Below are positions 1 to 9,238 of a DNA stretch of 64,000 nucleotides, one piece after another. Made by a program: the position numbers and the translations under genes. Under the pieces are notes generated by a model, which had not been told where the DNA came from, made no database searches, and worked only from the letters and a program-made list of their open reading frames with translations. Origin of the DNA: a virus. Within the stretch, counting starts at the first letter, position 1; each line of letters starts with the position of its first letter. The DNA lies in IMG/VR virus record IMGVR_UViG_3300035670_000034, positions 1 to 64,000 of that record, one strand, 5' to 3'.

Positions 1-461
1 AACGAGTCGTAGTACACGAACATTTTGCCCGTATCCGACTCATACCAAAGGTCGCCAACTTCTGGTGATACTGGGGCGGTGTCGCTAACCGTGACGGTTG
101 TATTGCCGCCGCCCCCACCTGTTACTTGTGTCCAAGAGCCGTTTGAACGGAAATAGAAAAGATTGTTCGTCGTATCGACGGCGAGCGCGCCATCTGGCAG
201 TGATGCCGTTGGAGTACCGGCAACAGCCATTGTGACGACACCAGAAATCGCCTTGAGAACATCGTCGGTAGCAAGAGTATTTGCACCATCACGATAAAGA
301 TTCGTGTCATATACGCCTTCGCCGTCGCTCCACGAAATGCGACCGCCCGCTTCAATTTTTACGCGACCGTAAACCTCACCATTTACGAAAACCGTGAGCG
401 CATCAGACCCAGCAGACGCCAACTGCTTAATTGTTATGGGGACTGTAAATTTTTGCGCCAC
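1..461 (-). CDS. Tail fibre-like protein, partial (runs off the left edge); missed by the ORF track
   Basis: Read manually: GTG at 461 preceded by TGAGGT, open to position 1: MAQKFTVPITIKQLASAGSDALTVFVNG...GGGGNTTVTVSDTAPVSPEVGDLWYESDTGKMFVYYDS. The GDLWYxSDTGxxxVYY motif is typical of phage fibre proteins. The N-terminus resembles the neighbouring gene (MSQKFLTNI). Confidence 0.75.
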   Translation of the reverse strand, partial: MAQKFTVPITIKQLASAGSDALTVFVNGEVYGRVKIEAGGRISWSDGEGVYDTNLYRDGANTLATDDVLKAISGVVTMAVAGTPTASLPDGALAVDTTNNLFYFRSNGSWTQVTGGGGGNTTVTVSDTAPVSPEVGDLWYESDTGKMFVYYDS

Positions 462-487
462 GACCTCAATCGCTTTCGACTATGTTT

Positions 488-511
488 TGATTGACCCCTC
501 AAGGTCAATCA
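488..511. terminator. Intergenic hairpin (terminator or RNA processing site)
   Basis: TGATTGACC-cctcaa-GGTCAATCA, a perfect 9-bp stem between two fibre genes. Confidence 0.4.
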
Positions 512-515
512 TAGA

Positions 516-1829
516 TTAGCCCGTGACGACGATTGTGTAGTCGTTTGCGCTAATCGTTCCGTTTAGGACAACGCTGACCGAGTTGCTGTTTGCTCGGATG
601 GTGTCGCCGATGACAGTTGCACCGCTTGACACCTCGTACACCTGAATGAGAACATCAGTCGTGTTGAAATTGTGGGTAACGGTCGTTGTGGAGACACCGC
701 CGACGCTTGCTGCGCAACCCTGCTTGGCAACTCTCGCCAAGGACGGAACGCTCGTCGTGCGACCAGTGGTTTCAGAAGCGGCAGAAGCAAGATTGGTTCT
801 TGCACCAGACTCGGTAGAAGCATTTGTACCACCGTGCTCGACGGCGACATCCGTTGCCGCCCATGTGCCCGTGGTAATCGTGCCAAGGGTGGTAATGCTC
901 GACTGACCAACATAAGTGGCGGCAATGTCAACCGCATCACTAGTAATTGCAGTTCTGTCAGCAACGACGTTGACATTGATTTGGTTGCCGACTTGCGAAA
1001 GACCATCACCAGCAACAAACGAACCAGCGCCAGAGAACTGCGTCCATGCGATTGCCGTAGAGCCAACGGTGATTGTTCCGTTGGTTGAGATGACAAAGCC
1101 CTTGTCGGAGTTGACCGTACCTTCTTCAACGAAGGTGAATGTTCCTGGAGATAGTTCACCAGTGTCGGCTGTACCGTTTGAATCAGATGCTCTTACCGGC
1201 GCACCACTTGCCTGAACAACGTAAATACCGTTGTCCACATGTGCAACACCAGGACCACCTTGGTCTTTGACCAAGATTCTGTCGCCGGTAGCGAGCGTTA
1301 CTCCATCTAGCGAATCTCCATCTTCAAGGTCGGTCGAAAGATTGACTGCAGCAGTCGTCGCCACGCGAACCGATTGCTTAACATCAAGACCTTGGCGAGC
1401 CGCATCAACATAACCCTTGGTTGCAATGTGCGCCGCATCGGTTGGAGTAGCAACCTTTGCATTTCCGTTTGCGTCACGCTTAACAAGTTTGCTTGCGGTC
1501 GCATCAGCGGTCGCATCATTGAGCATGTTCCAGAAGGTGCTGGAGAGAAGACCTGCACTGTCGGTATCAGCAAGGTTGAGGGTAAGAGTGACTTGACCGT
1601 TTGCCTCAGTAATTGTGATTGCGTCTGTGTAGTCGCCACCAGCGATGACGCTGTGTAGCATCTTGCGCCATGCGGAACCCGAATAGACCTTGATGGTATC
1701 TTCGGTTGAGTTGTAGATGAGGCGACCCTCAAAGTTGCCTGAACTTGGGTCAGAACCGACGACCTCAAAGGTGGCGTTAATCAGTTGATTCTGATTTAGG
1801 TCTATATTCGTGAGGAACTTTTGCGACAT
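516..1829 (-). CDS. Tail fibre/structural protein (437 aa)
   Basis: Contains ATKGYVDA, VKQSVRVATT and GDRILVKDQ...NGIYVV segments typical of phage tail-fibre proteins. T/G/S/A-rich and located distal to the baseplate genes. Confidence 0.75.
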   Translation of the reverse strand: MSQKFLTNIDLNQNQLINATFEVVGSDPSSGNFEGRLIYNSTEDTIKVYSGSAWRKMLHSVIAGGDYTDAITITEANGQVTLTLNLADTDSAGLLSSTFWNMLNDATADATASKLVKRDANGNAKVATPTDAAHIATKGYVDAARQGLDVKQSVRVATTAAVNLSTDLEDGDSLDGVTLATGDRILVKDQGGPGVAHVDNGIYVVQASGAPVRASDSNGTADTGELSPGTFTFVEEGTVNSDKGFVISTNGTITVGSTAIAWTQFSGAGSFVAGDGLSQVGNQINVNVVADRTAITSDAVDIAATYVGQSSITTLGTITTGTWAATDVAVEHGGTNASTESGARTNLASAASETTGRTTSVPSLARVAKQGCAASVGGVSTTTVTHNFNTTDVLIQVYEVSSGATVIGDTIRANSNSVSVVLNGTISANDYTIVVTG

Positions 1830-1841
1830 TTAATCCTGCCT

Positions 1842-2153
1842 TTAGGTCAAATATGCGTAACCCGAAAAGGGAGCGGTAAAGGTAACCGTCACCTGAGAAT
1901 TACTGTTATATGTTACCTCACCAACGACCACCGTATCTGCAGAATCGACGATGGTTACCGAAGGTTTGCCGCCCAGTGTGTGGTTAATTACCCAAACAGA
2001 AGACACAACTGGTTGGCTATGTACATGGCGCTGTGTTAATACTGTCTGAGTAGTCGCGTTGGTCAGCGTTATTAGGTTTGGTACGTCCTCGTCAACATTT
2101 ACGTCTATTCTTACGTCTTCGACAACGACCTGGTTGGGGACAGTGTTGCTCAT
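1842..2153 (-). CDS. Small tail-fibre-associated structural protein (103 aa)
   Basis: WVINHTLGGKPSVTIVD beta-rich motif, similar to the C-terminus of the 437-aa gene (VTHNFNTTDVLIQVY). Confidence 0.6.
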   Translation of the reverse strand: MSNTVPNQVVVEDVRIDVNVDEDVPNLITLTNATTQTVLTQRHVHSQPVVSSVWVINHTLGGKPSVTIVDSADTVVVGEVTYNSNSQVTVTFTAPFSGYAYLT

Positions 2154-2524
2154 CTGGTGACCTCTTGTGACAGGGTGAAGTTGCCCTGCATTATTCTGTT
2201 AACAACGCCAGTATCCGAAATAATTTCCAAGTCGTAAACACCTGAACTTGTTAGCGCCGCAGTATCTGCGGCGGTTATATTTAGTTCAATTACTCCACTT
2301 GCACCACCAAGTGTTATGCGGCCATTTTCTGTTGTCATGGAAATAAGAATGGTAGACGAATCGATAGTTCTTCTTACCTGCATTCGCGCCGTGTAGCCAG
2401 TTAAGTCCCACGGCAAATATGTTGGGTCGGCTGGCGGAGAGAGAGGGTCGGGGTATTTAAAGGTAATAGTTCGCGCAAAAGTCGAGCCCTGCTGACAAGT
2501 AATATTGTAAATACCCGCAAGCAT
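2150..2524 (-). CDS. Baseplate upper/fibre adaptor-like protein (BppU N-terminal-like, 124 aa)
   Basis: Motifs QGSTFARTITF, DLTGYTARMQVR and GVYDLEI..D.GVV.RI.QG.F. Confidence 0.6.
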   Translation of the reverse strand: MLAGIYNITCQQGSTFARTITFKYPDPLSPPADPTYLPWDLTGYTARMQVRRTIDSSTILISMTTENGRITLGGASGVIELNITAADTAALTSSGVYDLEIISDTGVVNRIMQGNFTLSQEVTR

Positions 2525-2591
2525 CGACGCGCGCTCCTAACTCTCTGCGTCCAATTGTAGATTAGAGAGCGCAAATGCGCTAGCAGGAATC

Positions 2592-2807
2592 TCAAATAAC
2601 GCTGGCAGAATCTTTCTTCGGGCCAACCTTCTTCAAGCCCATGCTCATTGCAACGGACAAGGCCACCGCAACAACACCAACTTTCAAATTGTCGGTTGCA
2701 AAAAGACCATCAAAGTCAGCGCCAGTCGCAAGCCAGGAACCAAGGTAGCCCTGCAGGAACGTACGCGCCGCTCTTTCAAGTACGTCTTTGCTAAATGAAG
2801 ACAACAT
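2592..2807 (-). CDS. Putative holin, actinophage type (71 aa)
   Basis: KDVLERAARTFLQG N-terminus, two hydrophobic segments and a basic C-terminus. Confidence 0.65.
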   Translation of the reverse strand: MLSSFSKDVLERAARTFLQGYLGSWLATGADFDGLFATDNLKVGVVAVALSVAMSMGLKKVGPKKDSASVI

Positions 2808-2838
2808 ATGTTTTCCTTTGTTGTATTAATTTTAGCAC

Positions 2839-4041
2839 TTAGCCAAGTGCGTTTTGCTGAAGGGGTCCAAGTGCTCCATAAAGTGCATCATCAAGAATAA
2901 ACGGCAATTGCGTAAATGCTTCATGATTGAGAGTAAAACCCATTGGTTTGGTTAGGTTGGCTATCGCAGTTACTTCCGGCGATGTATCTCCACTTGATGA
3001 AACACCAGGAGTCTCACTTAACAATGTGTAAATATTTATGGCAAAGAAACTGCCACCAGGAGAAACATAAACAGTTTTATTTCCTGTCAAAACTTGCTTT
3101 GTGCATTCTCTAATAGCGTCTAACGTTCCGGCATTTCTACCAAAATAAGCATTTTCAAGTTGCCAAGTTATTGACTCATCTACGTCACCTATGGCTTCTG
3201 TTGATGCTGTCGTTGTTACGCTTTTGTAGATGGGGGTTCCATTAAATTGCGAAAGCCAAGTTATGTAATCTCCATCGACATATGTTGGATGTATTAATTC
3301 ACTAAATCTAAATGATTCCAACTCGTTTGATGCTGAAACTTCACTATTCAGATATTGATAAAACCTACGATACAAAACAGTTGCCTTATCACCAGCGCTA
3401 GTTAAAGCATGCAAAAATTTTGCAAACGTATAATTTGGATACTGTTGAACTTTATCTCTATCCCATATAAAGTTTGGAATAAATTTTCTCATATTCCAAA
3501 CAAATACGTTTTTTGTAAAACCAAGTTCGTCCATCAAAGTTGGAACAGAAATGTAAAAAATTTGACCGAAGTGGTTACTTATGGAAATATCAACACTAAA
3601 TTCAATTTGGTCAACAGAGGTGTCAATTAGCCCAACATCAATAACAGGACTAAATGCTGCATTCCATTTTCCAACAGTCATTAATTGAGAATGCGAATCA
3701 GAAATTGAACCAGTTACATTGGTTAACTCAATTGATGCAATCATTTCTCTTTGTGGAAAAATTTGACAATGAAATTGCGCTTTGCTTCCATTGATTTCAT
3801 CATCGTCAGGAATAATCCCAGAAAGAGAAATGACTATTGTCGAACTATCGTCGTTTGGCTGAACTTGAAGCGAATATTGAAGAGGATGAACATACTTGTC
3901 GGACACAACGGAAATGCTTGAGTTTGTGGAGGTCCAATCGTGCGAATATGTTTCCGGATTTACAAAACTACCATTCAAATTTTTTGCATTAAACGCGTTG
4001 TTCCAAGCAAGAATATTCCGCGTTGGATTGAGGATTTGCAT
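2839..4041 (-). CDS. Baseplate wedge/tail protein I-like (400 aa)
   Basis: Directly follows the J-like gene. The C-terminal half has YITWLSQFNG...GRNAGTLDAIRECTK, resembling P2 gpI-type proteins. Confidence 0.55.
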   Translation of the reverse strand: MQILNPTRNILAWNNAFNAKNLNGSFVNPETYSHDWTSTNSSISVVSDKYVHPLQYSLQVQPNDDSSTIVISLSGIIPDDDEINGSKAQFHCQIFPQREMIASIELTNVTGSISDSHSQLMTVGKWNAAFSPVIDVGLIDTSVDQIEFSVDISISNHFGQIFYISVPTLMDELGFTKNVFVWNMRKFIPNFIWDRDKVQQYPNYTFAKFLHALTSAGDKATVLYRRFYQYLNSEVSASNELESFRFSELIHPTYVDGDYITWLSQFNGTPIYKSVTTTASTEAIGDVDESITWQLENAYFGRNAGTLDAIRECTKQVLTGNKTVYVSPGGSFFAINIYTLLSETPGVSSSGDTSPEVTAIANLTKPMGFTLNHEAFTQLPFILDDALYGALGPLQQNALG

Positions 4042-4043
4042 TA

Positions 4044-5492
4044 CTACACCTCAAATGATTGCATTGTAAGAACTATTTTTTCCAGTTGCAAATTCAAAAG
4101 ACTGCCTTTGTAGAGATACAAAATGTCACCTCCAGATACAGACCCCCAATTTGGTGAAACAGCGGAAGATGTTCCTCCGGAAGAATATGTTCCAGACAAA
4201 CCCGTAGAACTGACAGTAAAAGATGTGTCTGTTCTACTTGTTATTGTTCTCGCAGTTGACGCAAAATTTAAACCGGATGGCGTTATTCCGCTGACAGTAA
4301 CCTCGTCGCCGATTGAGTAAGTATTGTTGCATGTATACGTTGCATCTCCACCACTAATTGAAACACCAGTTATCGTCGCTCCGGAAGTATCGTTGTAGGA
4401 AATTGTCAATGATTCAACACTGTGAACTGATGGGTTTGCATAAATTGCACGCAAAACGTCGTTTTCTCTAAGTTTTTCTTCTGACCACTGACAATAAATT
4501 GGAGAAAACTGACCCAGTAGGTTTTCTTTAATTACTTCAGAAACGTTTGCCGCCTCAAAGTCAGAATAATAATTTACAGTTGCAGTAATTTTAAAATTTA
4601 ACAAAACCGGGTCAGCCACACCGACCTCAAGTCCAGCAACACTTCTATCTGAAATGTCTGTTTCCAAATTTGTTTTTTCTGCCAGAGTCAAGTTTCTTTC
4701 TGGTCCATATACGTAAACAGTTACTTTTCCCGCAACGTCAGCGTCTCCTATTTCCAAATCGCCGTCTGGGTCGGTCAAATCATAAACTTTGCATCTTCTT
4801 GCCAAAGTTGGATATGCAGTAAGAATGTAATTTTTCAATTGATTGCCAGTTGTCAAAGCGGAAGACATTGACGCAAGATTTGCAGTTGCTCTAGTTAAAA
4901 ACTCATCAATAGTTTCAGAATTCGACCCTTGAACAAAATTTCCATCACTAACTGCAGAATAAAGAATTTGTGAAAATGACTGCAAAGACATTGCTGTTCC
5001 AGATGGAATTGTTGGAATTACACCAACATCTCTGGCGGTACATGGAACGGGGGAACTTTCCGGCAATGGGTCGCCAAGTGTGTTTGCCGATATGGTAACT
5101 GCTTCGTCTGTTTCAAATAAATAAGTGATATCGGATTCACCGTCATCTGTTGTTGGTGAATAAGCAATCAATGTTCCAGCCGGAACAACACCGCCGTCAT
5201 TTGAGTTTGCCGTAAATACAACGTTCATTGTTGCTCTTTCGCCATCCGCATATGGTGTTCCAAGCATTTTCCCAAGTCCAAGCATTAAGGAATCTGGCAA
5301 TCTATTAATTGAACCGATATTCAAAGCAGACATGTAAGCAAACGCTTGGAACATGGCATCCTCGATGGTGCCAGGACGCAAATCAAAACCTGGGAATACG
5401 GTTCTTGCAACCTCAATTGAATCGAGATACGCCTGAGCAGGCGATATGTCAAGTGGTCTTAAGTTTACGTATGGTCTAAAATCTGCAGACAT
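4044..5492 (-). CDS. Baseplate J-like protein (482 aa)
   Basis: GGVVPAGT, CTARDVG, GSNSETIDEFLTRA and GKVTVYV motifs of the baseplate J family; follows the gp25-like gene. Confidence 0.85.
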   Translation of the reverse strand: MSADFRPYVNLRPLDISPAQAYLDSIEVARTVFPGFDLRPGTIEDAMFQAFAYMSALNIGSINRLPDSLMLGLGKMLGTPYADGERATMNVVFTANSNDGGVVPAGTLIAYSPTTDDGESDITYLFETDEAVTISANTLGDPLPESSPVPCTARDVGVIPTIPSGTAMSLQSFSQILYSAVSDGNFVQGSNSETIDEFLTRATANLASMSSALTTGNQLKNYILTAYPTLARRCKVYDLTDPDGDLEIGDADVAGKVTVYVYGPERNLTLAEKTNLETDISDRSVAGLEVGVADPVLLNFKITATVNYYSDFEAANVSEVIKENLLGQFSPIYCQWSEEKLRENDVLRAIYANPSVHSVESLTISYNDTSGATITGVSISGGDATYTCNNTYSIGDEVTVSGITPSGLNFASTARTITSRTDTSFTVSSTGLSGTYSSGGTSSAVSPNWGSVSGGDILYLYKGSLLNLQLEKIVLTMQSFEV

Positions 5493-5496
5493 ATGG

Positions 5497-5793
5497 TCAC
5501 CTATTGTAAATAAATTTTACGTTTACTGTTCCAAGTTCTTCATCTAATGTGGTTCCTATCGAAACAATAGTCACTTCTGGAATAAATTTGTTTACATTTA
5601 ACATCAGATTGGCCGGAGAAACCGTAGAAAACGATGGGTCCGCCGTTCCAAAATCTGGTGTTAATGGAAGCACAAAAGGTTCTGTTAACAAGCATACGCT
5701 AATTAACTGCTTTATGTAATCATCTGTTCCGTCAACCAGTTTTACAAATTCTCTGTTTGTCGAAAATTGCAATGGAAATTTTAGTGTGTCCAT
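5497..5793 (-). CDS. Baseplate wedge gp25/gpW-like protein (98 aa)
   Basis: LKFPLQF...IKQLISVCLLTEPF..PLTPDFGT pattern; position immediately before J. Confidence 0.75.
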   Translation of the reverse strand: MDTLKFPLQFSTNREFVKLVDGTDDYIKQLISVCLLTEPFVLPLTPDFGTADPSFSTVSPANLMLNVNKFIPEVTIVSIGTTLDEELGTVNVKFIYNR

Positions 5794-5795
5794 AA

Positions 5796-6191
5796 TTAGT
5801 CCGTTTGTTTAAAGGTCGTAAACGACGTTTGTGTGAGTGAAAGCGCTTGTTGCAGTTGATTTATTCTTGTTTGAAGTTCGTCAATAAGACTATTGAATTT
5901 TTCTTTTCCAGCAAAAACGTCTTGTTTTTTGTTGAATGCGCCAATAATAAATATTTCACTAGTTTCCATATCTATAAAAGTGCAAAGTACTCTGTCGTTT
6001 GCTTTTAATGAGCCGCGTGTTGTGTTGCCAACATATTCAACATCCTTAAATGTTACCCCCAACTGCGGAACAAAAATTGTAGGCCTTCCGGTGTTTTGTG
6101 AATCGTGATATCTAACTACACCTATATAAACACCACCAGGTTGCAATGGGTGTGAGGAGGCTTTGATTCTATTGACTTGATTTTTTTTCAC
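5796..6191 (-). CDS. Baseplate spike gpV/gp5-like protein, short form (131 aa)
   Basis: GVYIGVVRYHD..NTGRPTIFVPQLG...NDRVLCTF OB-fold-like N-terminus; lies between the hub and gp25 genes. Confidence 0.55.
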   Translation of the reverse strand: MKKNQVNRIKASSHPLQPGGVYIGVVRYHDSQNTGRPTIFVPQLGVTFKDVEYVGNTTRGSLKANDRVLCTFIDMETSEIFIIGAFNKKQDVFAGKEKFNSLIDELQTRINQLQQALSLTQTSFTTFKQTD

Positions 6192-6194
6192 TGT

Positions 6195-7412
6195 TTACTC
6201 CATACCTTGCTGTTCGTAATTTCTGGTTGCTGATGCATTTCGCGGCGATGGATTAGCCGTATATAAACCCTGAACAGTTCCCCATTCGACAGAACCTGGA
6301 TAAATTGTTCCAACTTCAATTTGTTTAATCTTTGTTTCTTGTCTTGGTGGGGTTGCGAAACTTACAGACACTGGGTCAGCAACCATTTCTTGAAAATCTA
6401 CAGAAGTAATCAAAAAATCATCAGTGTGCCAAGGAATATCCCCAACATTAACCGTCATTCCTGGTCTGAGTCTTACTCCATTTAGTCTGTCCACAACACA
6501 TGACCCATCTCCTTCCATTGGGTCATTTTCTGCTTTATGCATTGTTGGCATTTTATGCAACACAAAACGATTGTCTGGATTTCCGTTAACAATTCTTGGA
6601 GGGTAATGAAGGTATGTAACTTTTCGAGTTACGGTCACATTCTTTTTTTTCTTTTTGTTGTATTTGGTGTGCTCGTATGAATCATGGCCCCATTTATACA
6701 TGAGCCATTGCTGAGTACCAAAATACAATGTTCCGTCAGATTCAAATAATGTGTATGGGTTTTTGTTTTCGTCCTTTGATTCACTTGCCAGCCTGTTCAA
6801 CACATCCCATAGCGAATCGGCAACTTTTTCGCCATCCGCTTGGGTAATGTTTTTGTCTTTCGTTGTTTCTTGGCACACCGCTTTAAGACCATATTTTTTG
6901 GCAGCATTTATAACAAAAGTGTGATTTTCACCTTTAACCGCGCCGGGATTTCTATCGCGCTTCATTTGCTGAATTGCCTTTGTGTAACCCTGAACTCTAA
7001 CTATTGGGGAATTACCTTGAGACTGCTCTATTGAAACATCAGCAACTTCCATAAAGTAGCCCAAATAATCCTCCAACGCAATTGCAGACATACTGCTATC
7101 TTGAACTATCCGTGAAGGGTTGTGACTTCTGTAGATGAATGTTTGCCCCACTTGAAAATAATTTTGTTTTGTTAATTCCAAACCTGGGTCAATTACCGAA
7201 AAAGTTATTGCAGTTGAGGCAGATAGTGAGTAATTTACGCTTATGTCAGTAATTTGATTGTAAAGTTTTGTTACAAACGTTTTTCCAGAATTGGTAGTTC
7301 CATACAAAAAAACCAATGGAACGTCTCTTTCGCTGCCCTGAACTCTAATAAAAGGCAAATCAGCGCCACCAACGCTTTCCATTCGTGCAATGTTCGACTC
7401 AATATTACTCAT
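6195..7412 (-). CDS. Baseplate hub (gpD/gp44-like, 405 aa)
   Basis: Position, plus ADSLWDVLNRLA..., LFESDGTLYFG and RLRPGMTVNV..IPWHTDDFLITSV motifs. Confidence 0.7.
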   Translation of the reverse strand: MSNIESNIARMESVGGADLPFIRVQGSERDVPLVFLYGTTNSGKTFVTKLYNQITDISVNYSLSASTAITFSVIDPGLELTKQNYFQVGQTFIYRSHNPSRIVQDSSMSAIALEDYLGYFMEVADVSIEQSQGNSPIVRVQGYTKAIQQMKRDRNPGAVKGENHTFVINAAKKYGLKAVCQETTKDKNITQADGEKVADSLWDVLNRLASESKDENKNPYTLFESDGTLYFGTQQWLMYKWGHDSYEHTKYNKKKKKNVTVTRKVTYLHYPPRIVNGNPDNRFVLHKMPTMHKAENDPMEGDGSCVVDRLNGVRLRPGMTVNVGDIPWHTDDFLITSVDFQEMVADPVSVSFATPPRQETKIKQIEVGTIYPGSVEWGTVQGLYTANPSPRNASATRNYEQQGME

Positions 7413-7441
7413 GGCGGGTGCAGAACTTCCTCAATACCTTG

Positions 7442-9235
7442 TCACGTGCGGTTAAGGTAACGATATTGAATATCTTGGTCAGGTTTTCTATTCAAATTAT
7501 CTGTTGTTAGTCCAAATTCAGGGTCAGTAAATGTGGGTGGTTCGTCTGGTTTTTTGGGAACGTGTTTTAGACGAGGCATTCCTATTATCGACGTTTTCTC
7601 AATGGGTATTTCTTGAAGTGTTATGTTTGCTGTTGCTCTTGTTATTTGCATATTTACATCTCGACGAGCAGCGGTAATAGAAAGGTCTTGAATTACAAAT
7701 TGAACACCCCTTGGTGCTCCATTGTCGTCATAGCGAAATTGATTGGTCAAAAGGGTGTCAAATCCGTAAAACATAACCGGATACGGAGTTTGCGCCATTC
7801 TTTGAAGTTTTTCAATTTTGTCTTTTACTGAAATGAGTAAGCCATCGCCAGTAAAAACGCCGCTGTCTTTGTCTGCAATCGTAAACGAAAAAGAAATTTG
7901 CAATAATTTAAAAGATTTCCAATCTATAAAAGGAAATCCTCCAACTCTGTCTATGGATACCCATTCTCCACCAAATCCACCATAATTTATTTCATTCGGT
8001 ATAACATCAAAAACATATTCATTTATGAGTGCTGAACCAGTTTGAGCATTGGCATCTGAACCTCTGTAAACCTGGTACATGACGGGCTTTGAATTGTCAA
8101 TTGATACACCCTTATTGGAAAGAGCACCCGCAATTTCTTCGGATGTGAAAAATATGTTTTTACTTCTTTGGACGGTAATGTCTTGAACTCTTCCTTCCGT
8201 ATAACCCTCTGGGCCTTTCCATACAGAACCATTTGCCGACCTACCACCAGCAGGACTTGAGCCGCCAGCAGACCCACCACCTCTACCGCCACCACCGGAA
8301 GATGACCCTGAACTTATTTCTTTTAATTCCGCCATTGTCAATCCGCGAACACCACGGATTGTGTTGATTTGAGACATGGTGTATCCAATGTCGAGCAATT
8401 CTCTTGTAATTGCCTGGTCTGAAAGACCTGTGTTTGCAAATTTGTTCCACAAATTTATATAGTTACTGTCAACATCCCACCATTGACCATCAACAAATAT
8501 CTTTACTGGATTTTCGTGAGCGACAAGAGAAGTAAGTGCTTCTTGTTCAAACTGTTTTTCAAACTGATAATATTTCGGAAACAATTGCTGAAATTGAGCA
8601 AACGTTTTAATTTCTTCTTGATTTCCAGTTCTTTGATTAACAAAATACAAATTTTTTGAAGTGTCTGGCTTATTGTTCCTGGCGTTGGCCAAATACGCAT
8701 TCCATGCATTTAGAACTTCCTGTGCGGAAGCATTTCTGTCTAGTTGTATGGTTCTTGATTGATTAAAAACATAAGCATCTCGTCCCTCGTCGCCTGGGAC
8801 AACTTGGGAAATAACGCCACGACGAATTATGCGTGGCACTTCATCGCCAGTTAATGTATTAAGTGGGTCAAAAACAGTTTTTGTGAGCGTTCCGCAATAT
8901 CTAGATGAACGTCCTGTTGGTCCAATGTTTGCAAACATTGGAACAACTGAAGATGGCGTTGGCTTCGAATAAGTAACTGTTGGCCGTGAGGAAATTATGT
9001 GCTGCGACGACGTAACGACAGTCTCCTTTGCCGGTTGCGTTTTTTTGCCAATAATATAATTTTCGTCTTCATAAACAACCCAACGCTGTGGATTACTTAT
9101 GTTATATTTCCAAAATATTATTGGTTTTGTTCCATAAAATTGCTGCAGTGTTGGCAACAAGTTGTGCAACAGTCCGTCAGTTTCCCGGTACACAATGTTT
9201 GGGTTCGATGTGTGAATAATTTGAGCAATAGCCAT
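7442..9235 (-). CDS. Tail tube initiator-like protein with long N-terminal extension (597 aa)
   Basis: C-terminal tube-fold-like region (FDVIPNEINY..., FVIQDLSITAARRD...ANITLQE) after a Gly/Ser linker; directly downstream of the tape measure gene. Confidence 0.55.
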   Translation of the reverse strand: MAIAQIIHTSNPNIVYRETDGLLHNLLPTLQQFYGTKPIIFWKYNISNPQRWVVYEDENYIIGKKTQPAKETVVTSSQHIISSRPTVTYSKPTPSSVVPMFANIGPTGRSSRYCGTLTKTVFDPLNTLTGDEVPRIIRRGVISQVVPGDEGRDAYVFNQSRTIQLDRNASAQEVLNAWNAYLANARNNKPDTSKNLYFVNQRTGNQEEIKTFAQFQQLFPKYYQFEKQFEQEALTSLVAHENPVKIFVDGQWWDVDSNYINLWNKFANTGLSDQAITRELLDIGYTMSQINTIRGVRGLTMAELKEISSGSSSGGGGRGGGSAGGSSPAGGRSANGSVWKGPEGYTEGRVQDITVQRSKNIFFTSEEIAGALSNKGVSIDNSKPVMYQVYRGSDANAQTGSALINEYVFDVIPNEINYGGFGGEWVSIDRVGGFPFIDWKSFKLLQISFSFTIADKDSGVFTGDGLLISVKDKIEKLQRMAQTPYPVMFYGFDTLLTNQFRYDDNGAPRGVQFVIQDLSITAARRDVNMQITRATANITLQEIPIEKTSIIGMPRLKHVPKKPDEPPTFTDPEFGLTTDNLNRKPDQDIQYRYLNRT

Positions 9236-9238
9236 GGC

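Noticed and set aside
122-355. 77-aa minus-strand ORF from the track
   Set aside because: Out-of-frame shadow of the real fibre-like gene (1-461), which has an SD and recognisable motifs.
1535-1560. GLLSST in the tail fibre (and GLLSNT at 45684) as additional processing motifs
   Set aside because: The fibre copy fits the common AGL[LM]S fibre repeat, and the other lies inside a predicted domain. Both are treated as background and show that a statistical test of the main motif is needed.
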